A stretch of DNA of 64,000 bases, taken from positions 58,900,001 through 58,964,000 of the forward strand of contig CM059445.1 in assembly GCA_030390025.1 (NCBI GenBank), in the 5' to 3' direction. Source of the DNA: Squalus acanthias. Its lineage: Eukaryota. The notes under the pieces were generated by a model. The model made no database searches. It was not told the origin of the DNA and worked only from the letters and a program-made list of their open reading frames with translations. The translations under genes and the position numbers were made by a program. Of the stretch, positions 30,569 to 43,700 are shown piece by piece (the first letter of the stretch is position 1; every line of letters starts with the position of its first letter).

Positions 30569-33500
30569 GTAAGTTGCAAACCATTCATTGCATTTTACCA
30601 GATTTTTGGAAACAAAAAAAAGCAAAGAGCTGGAGGGGGGGGGGGGGGGGGGGGGAAGAGAGAGAGAGAGAAGGGGGGAAGAGAGAGAGAGAGTCGAGTC
30701 TGAATCAGCAAGACTGCCAAAGCACAGAGATTTGCCATATTTCTTGTTCTTTCTGCAGAGAAAAATAAAATAAAGATTTTATCTAATATTGGATGAGCTG
30801 TCATTGCATGTGTGGAATATTCTGCTCCATACAGATTGGAATTTCCTAACCCCCTTCATATTGTCTGGATCCCACTGTATTTATATATATATTCTTTTCA
30901 GACAATGGTGTTTATTGCATATGTCAAAACAGATTTTTTTGGACTCCTGTTGTTCTCTCACTGAGATTGTTGATGTGGACTAACTCACTCAGATTATTTC
31001 ATATTTTTTATGCACACACACACACACATATATATACAGGGTGAAATGGAGTGCTCGCTCGCTCTCTCTCCCAGGCTGGTTACGGGGTGTGTCAAAATGT
31101 CCTTATCATCAGATGTGTTTTATATTCTAGTCACTAATCTTCAGGGGTCCTCCTCAATATAAAAGGTGTACCCAGTGCTGCAGTCGGCTGTGTTATTCAA
31201 AGGAATGATCCACCTATCGCTAATTGTTGTTTTCCTTCAATTAATATCCTACCCCACAGTGGGGGAGAGCGATTGTCTGGAAAAGACTGAGCTATATGTT
31301 TCTATGGGGGGGATTTTAAAAAATGAATTCCTGTCAATGCTGGGAATCTGAAATTTAAAAAAACATGAAAATGCTGGAAATGCTCACCAGATCTGGTCAA
31401 CATCTGTAGAGGGAGAGAGAAAAGACAGGTTAGTGCACTGGGTGTGTGGACCCTTCCTCAGAACTGGCTTAGACAAGGGCAGGGAAAGGCCACCTTATAA
31501 GGGCTGTCTACAATAAATGGGGAAGAGGGGAGACCAGGTCAAGCGTACAGAGACACCAAACTGCTTTCGGCCATCTGCAAAGAGATTTCGCCACGCCTGA
31601 CAATCTGTAACTTTCTCCATTATTTTGGAGCGTGGCTATTCGGCAGTGGAGGGAACCACAGCTGATCCGGCCCAGTGATCAGAAACAGATGTGCAGTTGC
31701 GTGGAGAAGGCGCGAGAACGCGATGGAGTTGGGGGCCACCCAGTGACCATGGCCTCGGTGTAAATCTCCAATTGATACCTTGGGCCCTTAGAGTGAATGA
31801 GAGCAGGAGCTAAAATACCGGCAAATCCCACAGCCAGTTGGAATGTGATGAAATAATGTGAAATGTAGGAGAAGGGAGACCAAAATTACCAACCCTATGT
31901 TAGTACTCTACTGAAGGGTGGAGTATTATCAGTACAGCACAGAAGGAGGCCATTTGGCCCATTGTGCCTGTGCCTGCTCTTTGAAAGAGCTCTCCAATTA
32001 GTCCCACTTCCTGGCTCTTTCCCCGTAGCCCTGCAAATTTTTCCTTTTCAAGTATTTATCCAATTCCCTTTTGAAAGTTATTATTGAATCTTCTTCCATC
32101 GCCCTTTCAGGCAGCGCATTCCAGATCACAACTCAGTGCGTAAAATATTTCTCCTCATCTCCCTTCTTTTGCCAATTATCTTAAATCTGTGTCCTCTGGT
32201 TACCGACCCTCCTGCCAGTGGAAACAGTATCTCCATACTTACTCTATCAAAACCCCTCATAATTTTGAACATTTCTATTAAATCTTCCCTTAGCCTTCTC
32301 TGCTCTAAGGAGAATAATCCCAGGTTCGCCAGTCTCCACATAACTGAAGTTAGCTCCCGGTCCGGCAATGTCTCGATTTTAAAATTCTCATCATTTTTTT
32401 CAAATCCCTCCATGGCCTCACCCCCCCTCCCTATCTCTGTAACCTCCTCCAGCCCTACAACCACCAAGATCTCTGCAGTTCCTCCAATTCTGGCCTCTTG
32501 CACATCCCTGATTTTCATCGCTCCACCATTGGCGGCCGTGCCTTCAGCTGTCTGGGCCCTAAGCTCTGAAATTCACTCCCTAAACCTCTCCGCCTCTCTC
32601 TCCTCCTTTAAGACGCTCCTTAAAACCTACCTCTGACCACGCTTTTGGTCACCGGTCCTAATATATCCTTATGTGGCTCGGTGTCAAATTTTGTTTGATA
32701 ATCGCTGCTGTGAAGCACCTTGGGATATTTTACTACGTTAAAGGCGCTGTATAAATGCAAGTTGTTGTCGAAACCCATCATCCCTGGCAACAAGTAGATA
32801 ATTCGTTACTGAAAATTTCATGCCTGGGGTTTGTCTGATGTTGAGAGCTCTGCCCAAGTGATCAGTTAGTCTACAAAATTATCCACTGTACCCCCAACAA
32901 ATGTCACCCAGTGACTTGACCAGACAAACCCAAACCGGCCTACATGGTTTTATAAGTTTGTTCATTCTTAATGTCTAAATTCTGAAGCACTCTGGAAATA
33001 CAGATCTAAGTGATGTACTTAAAAAACCTCAGGTGGGATATACCATCTGGCTCCATAGCAACATGGCCGCCCAGTTACACTGAGCAATATCCATGCTCAG
33101 GTGTTGACTGTAGCTCAGTGAGTTGCACTCTTGCCTCTGAGTCAGAAGGTTGTGGGTTCATCGTCCCACTCCAGAGACTTGAGCACAGAATCCAGGCTGA
33201 CACTCCCAGTGCAGTACTGAGGCAGTGCTGCACTGTCAGAGGTGCCGTCTTTCAGATGAGACGTCTGCCCTCTCAGGTGGACATAAAAGATCCCATGCCA
33301 CTATTTTGAAGAAGAGCTGGGGAGTTATCCCCGGTCTCCTGGCCCACATCACTAAAACAGATTATCTGGTCATTTATCTCATTGCTGTTTGTGGAAGCTT
33401 GCGGTGAGCAAATTGGCTGCCGCGTTTCCTACATTACAGCAGTGACTACACTTCAAAAGTACTTCATTGACTGTAAAGCGATTTAGGGACATCCTGAGGT

Positions 33501-36500
33501 TGTGAAAGGCGCTATACAAATGTAGACTCCTCCTAGAAGTTAGTACGAGCTCCATCTGGTGGACTGGATGAGTAATTGCAACGTTGAATCCAGTGGCTTC
33601 AATTCCTAATAGACTGTAAGTTTGAAATGAATATGAGTTACATTTAGGGTTGAATAATCTAGCACCATCGTGGGAACACCATCTTCACAAGGAGCTCAGT
33701 GGTTCGAAGAGAAGGCCCATCGCCACCTTCTCGGGGCAATTATGGACGGGCAATAAATGCTGATCAAGTTTCTTTTTAAAAAGTGTTTAAATAAAAAGTT
33801 ACAACAAGACTCTTCTTCGACTGCAAACCATATTGCAATTTTTAATAATTCAATAATCAAATGAGAAATTGCATCCAAATTGCTAAATTATTTTCGCTAG
33901 TGCACGTTAGTTTTTTATATTGACTTATGGGAGCAGAATCTTTTCTCGATTGTAGCATCTCATCGGTAATCTTCAAAGAACGCAAAAAAGCTTGGAACGA
34001 GAATTAGGCATTTGGTCATCAATCCCAACTCCTTCCACAGTCCATGCAGGTCAACATCAGTCATTCACTCACTCCCCTGAACTAATCTGATCTTTACGGT
34101 GTATCAGCTGTGGCTCAGTGGGCCGCACTCTTGCCTCTGAGTCAGAAGATTGTGGGTTCAAGTACCCACTCCATAAGACTTGAGCACAAGAAATCTAGGC
34201 TAACACTCCCAGTACTGCACTGTTGGAGGTGCCGTCTTTCGAGATGAGATGTTAAACTGAGGCCCCGTCTGCTCTCTAAGGTGGACGTAAAAGATACCAC
34301 GCCACTATTTCGAAGAAGAGCAGGGGAGGTGTCCTGGGGCCAATATTTATCCCTCAATCCACATCATAAAAACAGATTATCTGGTCATTTATCACATTGC
34401 TGTTTGTGGGAGCTTGCTGTGCTCAAATTGTCTGCCGCGTTTCTTACATTACAACAGTGACTGTACTTCATTGGCTGTAAAGCGCTTTGGGACGTCCTCA
34501 GGTCGTGAAAGGCGCTATATAAATGCAAGTCTTTCTCTTTTCTATTGACATCTCTCTAACCCTCAATCAATGTTGATCCATTTCCTTTCTAAAGATACAG
34601 TATTGCCAACTCTCGCGATTCCATCGCAAAAGACGCAATTTTCGGAGTGAAATAAAGCATCACTCGCGATGGAATGCCTAAATCTCGGCATTTTGCGGGG
34701 GGGGGAATACGATTTGCGCACGCACAGAGCAAAGGATACGGTGATTGCAGAGCGGAGTATTGGATGGTCGCGTTGTTTTCTGGAGGTAAATTTCCCAAAG
34801 TGAGTCTGCCTCCTGCGATTCGACCATCCGGGCTCTTTATTTGCACTTCAGTAATACTATAACTGGGAAGGGGATCGTACAGCAAAAAAAACACAAGATT
34901 TTTTTTTAAATAGGAAGAAAACATAAGATGCAGTTTGCAAAAAGGATCAGAGTGAAAGGATAAGAAATGCAACAAGGTTGCATTAAAGTGATTTGGAAGG
35001 TGGGAATGAGAGAGAGAGAGAGAGAGATTGGAAAGTAGCTTCACAATGTGTGTGTGTGAGAGAGAGAGAGCCCATTGCATTTCATTGGCAGCCATCTCAG
35101 CACTGTGCGACTGCATGGTTTTTTAAAAGAGAGAGCGGGGAGAGAGCGAGAGAGGTTTAACTGCATTAATGTGCATCAGATCGACGTGCCTTTCCTCCTG
35201 AGCCGCTTTTAACATACGTCAACTCCATCGCATTTATATTACAACACCATCATCACCGTCGTGGCCTGAGGACAGTCACCGCAACAAAAAAAGAGGCTAG
35301 ATCCGAAGCTAGCAAGCAATCAAAAAAATAAATTGCATGTTAATTATTATCGATCGTTTATAACTAGAGGGCTGGGGGAATTAGATCCGCTCCCCCGCCT
35401 GCAGAACTCCTTATTTTTGTTTACTTTTTGTGATCAGAAGTGCAAAGCGCCTATTTCTTATTATCTCATGTCAGTAATCGGTTAGTAACAGCCGAATGAG
35501 CTTTTTGACCGGGTGCAAAGGTCAGCGAGGGGTCGGGTCAGGAAATAAATAGTAACTCATGATTTCTATACCAAATCTCATGACTTTTAACAGTTTGTCT
35601 CATGATTTATGAGACGGTGGAATTGGCATTACTGAAGATGATCCCTGACCCTGAATTTCTCTGGCAGTCTGTTCCACACACTCACCGTCCTGTGAGGGGA
35701 ATGAACCTCTTCTAACAAGAACATAAGAAATAGGAGCAGGAGTCGGCCATTCGGCCCCTCGAGCCTGCTCCGCCATTCAATAAGATCATGGCTGATCTGA
35801 TCTTAGCCTCAACTCCACTTTCCCGCCCGCTCCCCATAACCCTTGATTCCCCTGTTTTTCAAAAATCTGTCTATCTCCGCCTTGAATATATTCAATGACT
35901 CAGCCTCCACAGCTCTCTGGGGTAGAGAATTCCAAAGATTCACGACCCTCTGAGAGAAGAAATTCCTCCTCATCTCCGTCTTAAATGGGCGACCCCTTAT
36001 TCTGAAACTATGCCCCCTAGTTCTGGATTCACACACGAGGGAAAACATCCTGCATCTACCCTGTCAATCCCCCTCAGAATCTTATAGGTTTCAATAAGAT
36101 CACCTCTCATTCTTCTAAACTCCAATGAGTATAGGCCCAACCTGCTCAACCTTTCCTCATAAGAAAACCCCTTCAACTCAGGAATCAACCTAGTGAACCT
36201 TCTCTGAACTGCCTCCAATGCAAGTATATCCTTCCTTAAATAAGGAGACCAAAACTGTGCACAGTACTCCAGGTGTGGTCTCACCAACACCCTGTAGAGT
36301 TGTAGCAAGACTGCCCTACTTTTATACTCCATCCCCCTTGCAATAAAGGCCAATATTCCATTTGCCTTCCTAATTACTTGCTGTATCTGCATGCTAACTT
36401 TTTGTGTTTCATGTACGAGGACACCCAGATCCCTCTGTACTGCAGCATTCTGTAGTCTCTCTCCATTTAAATAATATTTTGATTTTCTATTCTTCCTACC

Positions 36501-37673
36501 AGAGTGGATAATCTCACATTTTCCCACATTATACTCCATCTGCCAAATTTTTGCCCACTCACTTAACCTATCTATATCCCTTTGCAGACTCTTTGGGCTG
36601 GATTTTGAATGACCCATGGAGTTGGGTTTGGAGGCGTGTGGGGGGTTAAATTTGCGGGGTCGGGGGTCCCGACCCCATCCCGACTCCATCCCGCCTCCAC
36701 GCAATTTTGACAAAATCAGTCGCGGGGTTCCCGACTCCGTCCCGCCTCCAAGAGGCGGGAGAGGCCATTAGAGCCCTTAACAAGCCCTAAATTGGCTCTG
36801 TAATGCCATTTTGAAACGTTTTAGCTAGTTTAACCCTTTTCCGACGTGAAGTACGCCTGGTGTGAAACACTCCAGTGAAACCTGGCGGGAGCACAAGTGG
36901 GTAGCTGACTATCAGCTGCAGGTCATGAAGGTAGTAATATTAGGTGTGAAAGTCGCCTCTGATGCTGCTGCATTGAATGTCTTCAGAGACTGCATGGCCT
37001 TTGCTGGGAGAGGACTGGGATGGAAAAAAATTCTCTCTCTCTCTCTCTCTCTCCATATTTTGCATCCAGGTCCACTCACATCAAAAGCCAGGCAGGTCCT
37101 CTCTCACCAACAGCCAGACAGTCTCTGAGACCAGTCAGCAATGATGACATCATCAGAGGCGACTTTCAGACTGAAACCACTAATTAGTTCATGGGTTCCC
37201 ACATGCTGGAACTCAATTGCCCAATTAAGTGAAAATTGCATCATTCATCCACATTAATCTGGAGTCGGGGTGGGGGGACACGAAATGCGGATGTCACGAC
37301 CCCAACCCGACCCCAAGACAAAATCCAGCCCTTTGTGTCTCCTCACAACTTGCTTTCCCATCTATCTTTGTATCGTCAGCAAATTTGGCTACATTACACT
37401 CGGTCCCTTCATCCAAGTCATTAATATAGATTGTAAATAGTTGAGGCCCCAGCACTGATCCCTGTGGCACTCCACTAGTTACAGTTTGCCAACCTGAAAA
37501 TGACCCATTTATTCCGACTCTCTGGGCTGGATGAACTAATTAGTGGTTTCAGTCTGAAAGTTGCCTCTGATGATGTCATCATTGCTGACTGGTCTCAGAG
37601 ACTGTCTGGCTGTTGGTGAGAGAGGACCTGCCTGGCTTTTGATGTGAGTGGACCTGGATGCAAAATATGGAGA

Positions 37674-37705
<32 letters not shown>

Positions 37706-40700
37706 ATTTTTTTCCATCCCAGTCCTCTCCCAGCAAAGGCCATGCAGTCTCTGAAGACATTCAATGCAGCAGCATCAGAGGCGACTTTCACACCTAATAC
37801 TACTACCTTCATGACCTGCAGCTGATAGTCAGCTATCCACTTGTACTCCCGCCAGGTTTCACTGGCGTGTTTCACATCAGGCGTACTTCACATCGGAAAA
37901 GGGTTAAACTAGCTAAAACGTTTCAAAATGGCATTACAGAGCCAATTTAGGGCTTGTTAAGGGCTTTAATGGCCTCTCCCGCCTCTTGGAGGCGGGAACC
38001 CCGCGACTGATTTTGTCAAAATTGCGTGGAGGCGGGATGGAGTCGGGATGGGGTCGGGACCCCGCAAATTTAACCCCCCACACGCCTCCAAACCCGACTC
38101 CATGGGTCATTCAAAATCCAGCCCTCTGTTTTCTGTCAGTTAGCCAATCCTCTATCCAGTCTAATATATTACCCCTAACACCATGAGCTCTTATCTTGTG
38201 CAGTAACCTTTTATGTGGCACCTTATCGAATGCCTTCTGGAAATCCAAATACACTACATCTACTGGTTCCCCTTTATCCACCCTGCTTGTTACATCCTCA
38301 AAGAATTCTAGTAAATTTGTCAAACACAATTTCCGTTTCATAAAACCATGTTGACTCGACTTGATTGTATTATGATTTTATAAATGTCCTGCTATTACTT
38401 CCTTAATAATGGATTCTAGCATTTTCCCAATGCCAGATGTTAGGCTAACTGACCTATAGTTTCCTGCTTTCTGTCTCCCTCCTTTCTTGAATAGGGGAGT
38501 TACATTTGCAGGTTTCCAATCCACTGGGACCTCTCCAGAATCCAGGGAATTTTGGTAGATTACAACCAACGCATCCACTATCTCTGCAGCCACTTCTTTT
38601 AAAACCCTAGGATGCAGGCCATCAGGTCCAGAGGACTTGTCAGCCTTTAGTCCCATTAGTTTGCCTAGTACTTTTTCTCTAGTGATAGTTTTAAGTTCCT
38701 CCCTCCCTATAGCCCCTTGATTATCAATTATTATTGGAATGCTTGTAGTGTCTTCTACCGTGAAGACTGATACAAAATATTTGTTCAAAGTCTCTGCCAT
38801 TTCCCAGTTTCCCATTATTAATTCCCCAGTCTCATCCTCTAAGGGACCAACGTTTACTTTAGCTAATCTCTTCCTTTTTATATACCTGTAGAAGCTCTTA
38901 CTGTCTATTTTTATATTTTTAGCTAGTTTACTCTCATAATCTATTTTCTCCCTCTGTTATTTTTTTAGTCATCCTTTGCTGGTTTCTAAAAGTTTACCAA
39001 TCCTCTGGCCTACCACTAATCTTTGCAACATTGTATGCCTTTTCCTTCAATTTGATACTATCCTTAACTTCCTTAGTTAGCCACGGATGGTTCATCCTTC
39101 TCATAGAATCATAGAAGATAGGAGCAGGAGTAGGCCATTCGGCCCCTCTAGCCTGCTCCGCCATTCAATGCGATCATGGCTGATCATCCAAATTCAGTAC
39201 CCTGTCCCTGCTTCCTCCCCATATCCCTTGATCCCTTTAGCCTTAAGAAATATATCCAACTCCTTCTTGAATCTATTTAATGAATTGGCCTCTACTGCCT
39301 TCTGTGGCAGAGAATTCCACAGGTTCACCACTCTCTGGGTGAAGAAATTCCTCCTCATTTCTGTCCTAAATGGCTTACCCCTTATCCTTAGACTGTGACC
39401 CCTGGTTCTGGACTCCCCGACCTTCGGGAACATCCTTCCTGCATCTAGTTTGTCCTGTCCTGTCAGAATTTTATAAGTTTCAATGAGATCCCCTCTCATT
39501 CTTCTAAACTCCAGCGAGTATAAGCCCAATCGACCCAATCTCTCTTCATACGTCATTCCTGCCATCCCAGGTATCAGCCTTGTGAATCTTCGCTGAACTC
39601 CTTCCATGGCAAGAACATCCTTCCTCAGATAAGGCGACCAAAACTGCACACAGTACTCAAGGTGTGGTCTCACCAAGGCCCTGTACAACTGCAGCAAGAC
39701 ATCCTTGTTCCTGTACTCAAACCCTCTCGCTATGAAGGCCAACATACTATTTGCCTTCTTAACCGCCTGCTGCACCTGCATGCTTACCTGCAGCGACTGG
39801 TGCACAAGGACATCCAGGTCTCGTTGCACTTCCCCTTCTCCCAATCTATCTCGTACAGTCTTTCTTTCTCACTGGAATAAACCTTTGCTGAGAGTTATGA
39901 AATGTCTCCTTAAATGTCTGCCACTGCTTATCTACCGTCTTACCCTTTAATTATTTTCCCAGTCCACTTTAGCCAACTCTGTCTTCATACCTTTGTAATT
40001 GCCTTTATTTAAGTTTAGGACACTAGTTTCAGACACAAGTTTCTCACCCTAAAAATGAATTTGAAATTCAATCATGCTATGATCACTCTTCCCTAGAGGA
40101 TCATTTACAATGAGCTCATTAGTTAATCCTGTCTCATTATACATTACCAGATCTAAAATAGCCTGCTCCCTGGTTGGTTCCACAACGTATTGTTCTAAGA
40201 AACCATCCCGAATACATTCTATGAACTCGTCCTCAAGGCTACCCTTGCCAATTTGATTTGTCCAATCTATATGAAGATTAAAATCGCCCATTATTATTGC
40301 AGTACCTTTCTTACAAGCCCCCATTATTTCTTGATTTATACTCTGTCCTACAGTGTAGCTACTGTTAGGGGGCCTATAGACTACTCCCACCAGTGACTTC
40401 TTTCCCATACTGTTTCTTATCGCCACCCAAACTGATTCTACATCTTGATCTTCTGAGCCAATATCATTTCTCACCACTGCACTGATCTCATCCTTTATTA
40501 ACAGAGCTACCCCACCTCCTTTTCCTTTCTGTCTATCCTTCCGAAATGTCAAATAGCCCTGAATATTCAGTTCCCAGCCTTGGTCACCTTGTAACCACGT
40601 CTCTGTAATGGCTATCAGATCATACCCATTTATTTCTATTTGTGCCGTCAACTCATCTATCTTGTTACGAATGCTGCGTGCATTCAGATAAAGAGCCTTT

Positions 40701-43700
40701 AATTTTATCTTTTTACCATTTTTCTCTACTCTGACTCTATCTGCTGGTGCACTCTTAAGTTTGTATGCTGTGTCTCTTCCTGTCACACTCTGGTTCTCAT
40801 TACCCCTATCTTGCTCACTGTTGCCAAGCTTTCCAGGTCAGGTACAGCACAGGTTAGAACCTGTGGCATTCCTAGATTCTGCACCAGCCATCACTGCTAA
40901 TCTGGTTGACAATACACTTCGGGGGAAACATGTGGCACATTTTCTTGCTTTTAGCTGCAACACACAGGGGACCCAGTTACAGAGACACAGGGGGACCCAT
41001 TTACAGGAACATCCTCCCCAATTGCTCCCTCCTTCCATCCCCCACGTTCACTCGCTCCTTGCTTCCCCCCACTCTCACTCCCAACCCTAGTCTCCCTCTC
41101 TACCTCCCTTCCCCAATCTCCCTCCTCCCTCCCCCACTCTCACTCCTCCATCCCTCCCCCACTCTCAGTCCCTCACTTGCTCTCTTCCCAACTCACTTCC
41201 TCCCTCGCTCCCTCCCCCACTCTCACTCCCACCCCTAGTCTCACTCTCTACCACCCTTCCCCAATCTCACTCCTCCCTCCCCCATGCTCACTCTCCCTCA
41301 CCAGGCTCATTCCCTTCCTCCCTCACTCTCTCCTTCCCTCACTCCCTCTCTCACTCTCACTCCCTCCCTCATGCTTGGGTTAGATACAGAATAGAGCTCC
41401 AACTACACTGCCCCATCAAACAGAAAAGACGGAGGATGACCTGATAGAGGTCTTTAAGATTATGAAAGATGTTTGATAGGGTAGACATAGAGAAAATGTT
41501 TCCACTTCTGGGGGAGACCAGAAATAGGGACCATAAATATAAGATAGTCACTAATAAATCCAATAGGGAATTCAGGAGAAACTTCTTTACCCAGAGAGTG
41601 GTGAGAATGTGGAACTCGCGACCACAAGTAGTAATTGAGGCAACTAGCATAGATGTACTTAACAGGAAGCTAGATAAACAAATGAAGGAGAAAGGAATAG
41701 AAGGTTATGTTGATCGGGTTAGATGAAGAAGGGTGGGAGGAGGCTCGTGTGGAGCATAAACACCGGCATGGAACTGTTGGGCTGAATGGCTGTAATTACG
41801 ATGTAATACTATATTATATACAGAGTAAATCTCCTTCTACAATGTCCCATCAAACACTCCCAGGGCAGGTACAGCACGGGTTAGATACAGAGTAAAGCTC
41901 CTTCTACAATGTCCCATCAAACACTCCCAGGGCAGGTACAGCACGGGTTAGATACAGAGTAAAGCTCCTTCTACAATGTCCCATCAAACACTCCCAGGGC
42001 AGGTACAGCACGGGTTAGATACAGAGCAAAGCTCCCTCCACACTGTCCCATCAAACACTCCCAGGGCAGGCTCAGCACGGGTTAGATACAGAGTAAAGCT
42101 CCCGCTACACTGTCCCATCAAACACTCCCAGGGCAGGTACAGCATGGGTTAGATACAGAGTAAAGCTCCCTCTACACTGTCCCATCAAACACTCCCAGGG
42201 TAGGTACAGCACGGGTTAGATACAGAGTAAAGCTCCCTCTACACTGTCCCATCAAACGCTCCCAGGGCAGGTACAGAACGGGTTAGATACAGAGTAAAGC
42301 TCCCTCTACACTGTCCCCATCAAACAGTCCCAGGGCAGGTACAGCACGGGTTAGATACAGAGTAAAGCTCCCTCTACACTGCCCCATCAAACACTACCAG
42401 GACAGGTACAGCACGGGTTAGATACAGAGTAAAGCTCCCTCTACACTGTCCCATCAAACACTCCCAGGGCAGGTACAGCACGGGTTAGATACAGAGTAAA
42501 GCTCCCTCTACACTGTCCCATCAAACACTCCCAGGGCAGGTACAGCACGGGTTAGATACAGAGTAAAGCTCCCTCTACACTGTCCCCATCAAACACTCCC
42601 AGGGCAGGTACAGCACGGGTTAGATACAGAGTAAAGCTCCCTCTACACTGTCCAATCAAACACTCCCAGGGCAGGTACAGCACGGGTTAGATACAGAGTA
42701 AAGCTCCCTCTACGCTGTCCCATCAAACACTCCCGGGGCAGGTACAGCATGGGTTAGATACAAAGTAAAGCTCCCTCTACACTGTCCCATCAAACACTCC
42801 CAGGGCAGGTACAGCATGGGTTAGATACAGAGTAAAGCTCCCTCTACACTGTCCCATCAAACACTCCCAGGGTAGGTACAGCACGGGTTAGATACAGAGT
42901 AAAGCTCCCTCTACACTGTCCCATCAAACGCTCCCAGGGCAGGTACAGAACGGGTTAGATACAGAGTAAAGCTCCCTCTACACTGTCCCCATCAAACAGT
43001 CCCAGGGCAGGTACAGCACGGGTTAGATACAGAGTAAAGCTCCCTCTACACTGCCCCATCAAACACTACCAGGACAGGTACAGCACGGGTTAGATACAGA
43101 GTAAAGCTTCCTCTACACTGTCCCATCAAACACTACCAGGGCAGGTACAGCGTGGGTTAGATACAGAGTAAAGCTCCCTCTACACTGTCCCATCAAACAC
43201 TCCCAGGGTAGGTACAGCACGGGTTAGATACAGAGTAAAGCTCCCTCTACACTGTCCCATCAAACGCTCCCAGGGCAGGTACAGAACGGGTTAGATACAG
43301 AGTAAAGCTCCCTCTACACTGTCCCCATCAAACAGTCCCAGGGCAGGTACAGCACGGGTTAGATACAGAGTAAAGCTCCCTCTACACTGCCCCATCAAAC
43401 ACTACCAGGACAGGTACAGCACGGGTTAGATACAGAGTAAAGCTCCCTCTACACTGTCCCATCAAACACTCCCAGGGCAGGTACAGCACGGGTTAGATAC
43501 AGAGTAAAGCTCCCTCTACACTGTCCCATCAAACACTCCCAGGGCAGGTACAGCACGGGTTAGATACAGAGTAAAGCTCCCTCTACACTGTCCCATCAAA
43601 CACTCCCAGGGCAGGTACAGCACGGGTTAGATACAGAGTAAAGCTCCCTCTACACTGTCCCATCAAACACTCCCGGGGCAGGTACAGCATGGGTTAGATA

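Larger units (their letters stand above)
35717..40810 (-). mobile_element. CR1 LINE with near-complete ORF2 (APE endonuclease plus RT), interrupted by two MITE A copies and a nested CR1
   Basis: APE domain [34 protein letters not shown] at 40049-40786; RT pieces at 38378-38815, 38111-38341, 35997-36590. Confidence 0.93.

Noticed and set aside
31425-31467. Fourth hammerhead candidate
   Set aside because: The GAAA core is replaced, so it is not expected to cleave.
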